Shown here: positions 61,170 to 64,000 of the stretch, in pieces
Position numbering within the stretch: the first letter of the stretch is position 1
How the letters are laid out: each line of letters begins with the position of its first letter
Assembly (NCBI RefSeq): GCF_009914755.1
Contig: NC_060946.1
Origin: the human T2T-CHM13v2.0 reference genome, Homo sapiens
Length of the DNA stretch: 64,000 nucleotides
Direction: 5' to 3' (one strand)
The notes under the pieces: generated by a model
The model's database searches: none
What the model saw: only the letters and a program-made list of their open reading frames with translations
Told to the model about the DNA's origin: nothing
Made by a program: the position numbers and the translations under genes

Positions 61170-61528
61170 CAATGGTTTTCGGCTCTGTCTGACCCAATGC
61201 CTCTACTTCATAAGAAATTCTTCAAAGACCCCTTCACTATTCTAAACTATTAGTGAGAACACAATGTATGCATTCAAGTTGTTGAAAATATTAATGTTAT
61301 GCTGAAGCTAACAAAGGAGAAATAATTTACTGTCAATATATGATCCAAAATGTATATAATTGTGCCAGAACATTTACATCTCAAATACAATAGAACATAA
61401 TGAAATTTTCATATCTTCGCCCATACCTTGAAACATTTTAAATAAAAAGCTACAAATATAGTTTCATTGAATAACCAAATGCCAAAACTGCCATTTCTAT
61501 TGTTGACATGATTGATCTGCATTGGTAA
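61170..61528. mobile_element. hAT-Charlie-type DNA transposon fragment, split by an LTR (resumes ~61960-62150)
   Basis: CAATGGTTTTC...CTGTCTGACCCAATGCC resembles a Charlie terminus. Confidence 0.45.
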
Positions 61529-61530
61529 AT

Positions 61531-61965
61531 GTAATAGATACTTTCTGTTTGGCCCTTGTCCCCTGTTATACTCCCCTATTTACTGGCTTTTGTCCAAGTG
61601 GAATGGACCATATTGAATATCTCAATCGGTTCCCTTGCTCATTGCCTTCTATGCATGTTCATGAGATTAAAGGGAAGGAGGAAATGGGATTGGGGGTTAT
61701 TGCCTAAACTCCCTCTCTGCTAGGTCTCCTTGACCAATCTTTTTCATAAGAAAATTAGTGTTTCCTTGTGTGATCAGGGCAGTTTACTCCCCAGAACTCT
61801 GCCTGCTGCTACTAACCCAGAGTTATTGTGGGGTGTGATTTCTGTGATTCCTTCACCCTTCTCCCCTGAAATTTTCGTAAGTAGTCTCTTTGGAAATAAA
61901 CCCATGTTAAATTATCTTAGTTTGTGTGTGTTCTATTTTTCCTATTGAGACTCTGAAATGAGTAT
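61531..61965 (+). mobile_element. LTR33-like ERVL LTR
   Basis: TGTAATAGATACTTTCTGTTTG...GGTTCCCTTGC...AATAAAC...GAGACTCTGA. Confidence 0.6.
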
Positions 61966-62269
61966 CTAAATGAAAAAATCTACCGTCTTTTCTCATATAC
62001 ATAGTAGTTTCATTCTTGCAAAATTCATGGCATATTAAAACCATGCAAAAGTACTTGGCACTTAGGCAGTTACATTTGGGATTGTATAATTAAACAAAGC
62101 AGGTTATTCACCTTCATTACATTAGAAAGTCATTCAGGACATACAGCAATCCTTAATTAGGAGCGGCTATCCCATGTTACTGGACATATGGCATCCCTGT
62201 TTTCCAATCCTTAAAGTTTTTCCTTAACGTTCCAAAATGCCGTCACTTATTATTTCCTGCCATTGGATT

Positions 62270-62466
62270 TTGTCACATGAAGTTGTAAGGCTGGGAATGC
62301 CGTAGCCATCTTGAAAACATAGGTAGAAAGATAAGAGAATCATAAAGAAGTGGATCATGTTGAATTAACTAAGCATTGATACCATCTATTTGTTGTCCGA
62401 TTTGGTAAAAGTTGCTCCTTGTTTTTTTCTTCAATTAGTTGACTATTCTGTTACTTGAAGCTAAAA
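62270..62466 (+). mobile_element. MLT1-type LTR fragment
   Basis: GCCATCTTG...TATTCTGTTACTTGAAGCTAAAA. Confidence 0.5.
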
Positions 62467-62469
62467 AGT

Positions 62470-62787
<318 letters not shown>

Positions 62788-62890
62788 AAAAACATTTTAA
62801 CCAATAGCAAAGCACATTATTTCATTGCATTTTTTCAAAAGTTGCCAGTAATTTCAATTAAAAATATTATATAACATGTTTAATGCAATA

Positions 62891-63228
62891 CAAATGCTTT
62901 TCAATGTACAATGGGGTTAAGTCTTGATAAGCTGATTATAAATTGAAATACATTATTAAATGTATTTAATACCTAACTTACTGAATATCACAGCTTAGCC
63001 TGGCATACCTTTAATGTGCTCAGAACACTTACATCAGCAGACAATTGGGCAAAATCGTTGAATACAAAACCCACTTTATAATAAAGTATTGGATATTTTA
63101 TGTAATTTGTTGAATATTGTACTGAAAGTGAAAAGCAGAATGGTTATATTCTATTCAAAGCTATCACTTTTGCTTCATCATAAAGTAAAAAAAAATCATA
63201 AATTGAACCATTATAAGTTGACCATCTG
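62891..63228. mobile_element. MER47A (Tigger5-derived) DNA transposon
   Basis: TA|CAAATGC...ATGGGGTTA...CAGCTTAGCC...GTGCTCAGAACACTTAC...CCATCTG. Confidence 0.8.
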
Positions 63229-63352
63229 TGTATATGTATGTGTGTGTGTACCTATATAAACATGTATGTTTATATATATATTTGTGTGTGTATATATCCT
63301 CGGTGTGTGTGTATGTGTGTTTGAGAGAGAGTGTGTGTGTGTGTGTGTGTAT
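63229..63352. repeat. Compound (TG)/(TA)/(GA) microsatellite
   Basis: Seen directly. Confidence 0.85.
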
Positions 63353-64000
63353 GACATTGTAGGAAAGTAAAATTTCTTATCTTACAGATATAGCATGTTA
63401 ACATGTTGGTACCTATCCTCCTGAGATGTAAAATTTTACATGGATAGATGTGTACATTTACAGTTGTACACAAAGAGAAACATATTCTGTAGGCTCTTTG
63501 TTTTTCTGCAGTTTCATTCAACACTATCTGGTTTATATGGATGATTACATATATAATGCTAGGATGAAGGTTCTTCTCTATAACTTTGAAACTTCCTTGA
63601 TTATCAACCCTTGGTATATTCTTAGAATAGGATTTTATTTTAGAATTAAGATCCTTGTTTCAGGACTCTAGACTGTTAACACACAGAGCCAATAATTATT
63701 CAGAATGGTTGGGTTAGTTCACATTCCCACAGATGAGACATCAAATGTCCAGGCTGCACAGCCTCATTAACACTAGATTTTCTGGACATTTTATATAGTA
63801 TTTCATCTTATATAAAAAGTAGAATTCTAAATTAATTATGGTTGTTAATTTATTTTTATCTTTTTAGTCATTATGAAAATGTTTAACTATATGAAAAGCT
63901 AGGAAAGAGTTTTATTTTTTAAGGTAGTACTTCAGAAATATTTGCGATACTTAATTTTTAAAAATTAACTCTAAAAAATGTTGAAATGTCTGTTTAATGA

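Overview
Primate (catarrhine/hominoid-like) nuclear DNA, dominated by repeats: L1PA/L1MA/L1MB LINEs, about 22 Alus, ERV1 and HERV-K remnants, and DNA-transposon relics. There is no intact protein-coding ORF; almost all listed ORFs are decayed L1, HERV or Alu translations. The one host gene signal is the 5' end of a minus-strand KRAB-zinc-finger gene resembling ZNF717: a CpG-island promoter and exon 1 at ~11.2-11.7 kb, plus a 59-bp exon 2 at 9284-9342 with no usable ATG, so probably a segmental-duplication paralogue or pseudogene. Other notable structures are a ~44-copy 35-bp VNTR grown out of an ERV1 3' end, with higher-order repetition and a SOX-type motif in nearly every unit; a TSD-flanked L1PA whose 5'UTR is joined exactly at splice sites (a spliced, retrotransposed L1); an HML-3 HERV-K inserted into the dUTPase of an HML-1-like HERV-K; and a decayed gamma-type env. 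I found no evidence for a wholly new biological system. Repeat subfamily names come from recalled consensus sequences, and repeat boundaries are approximate.
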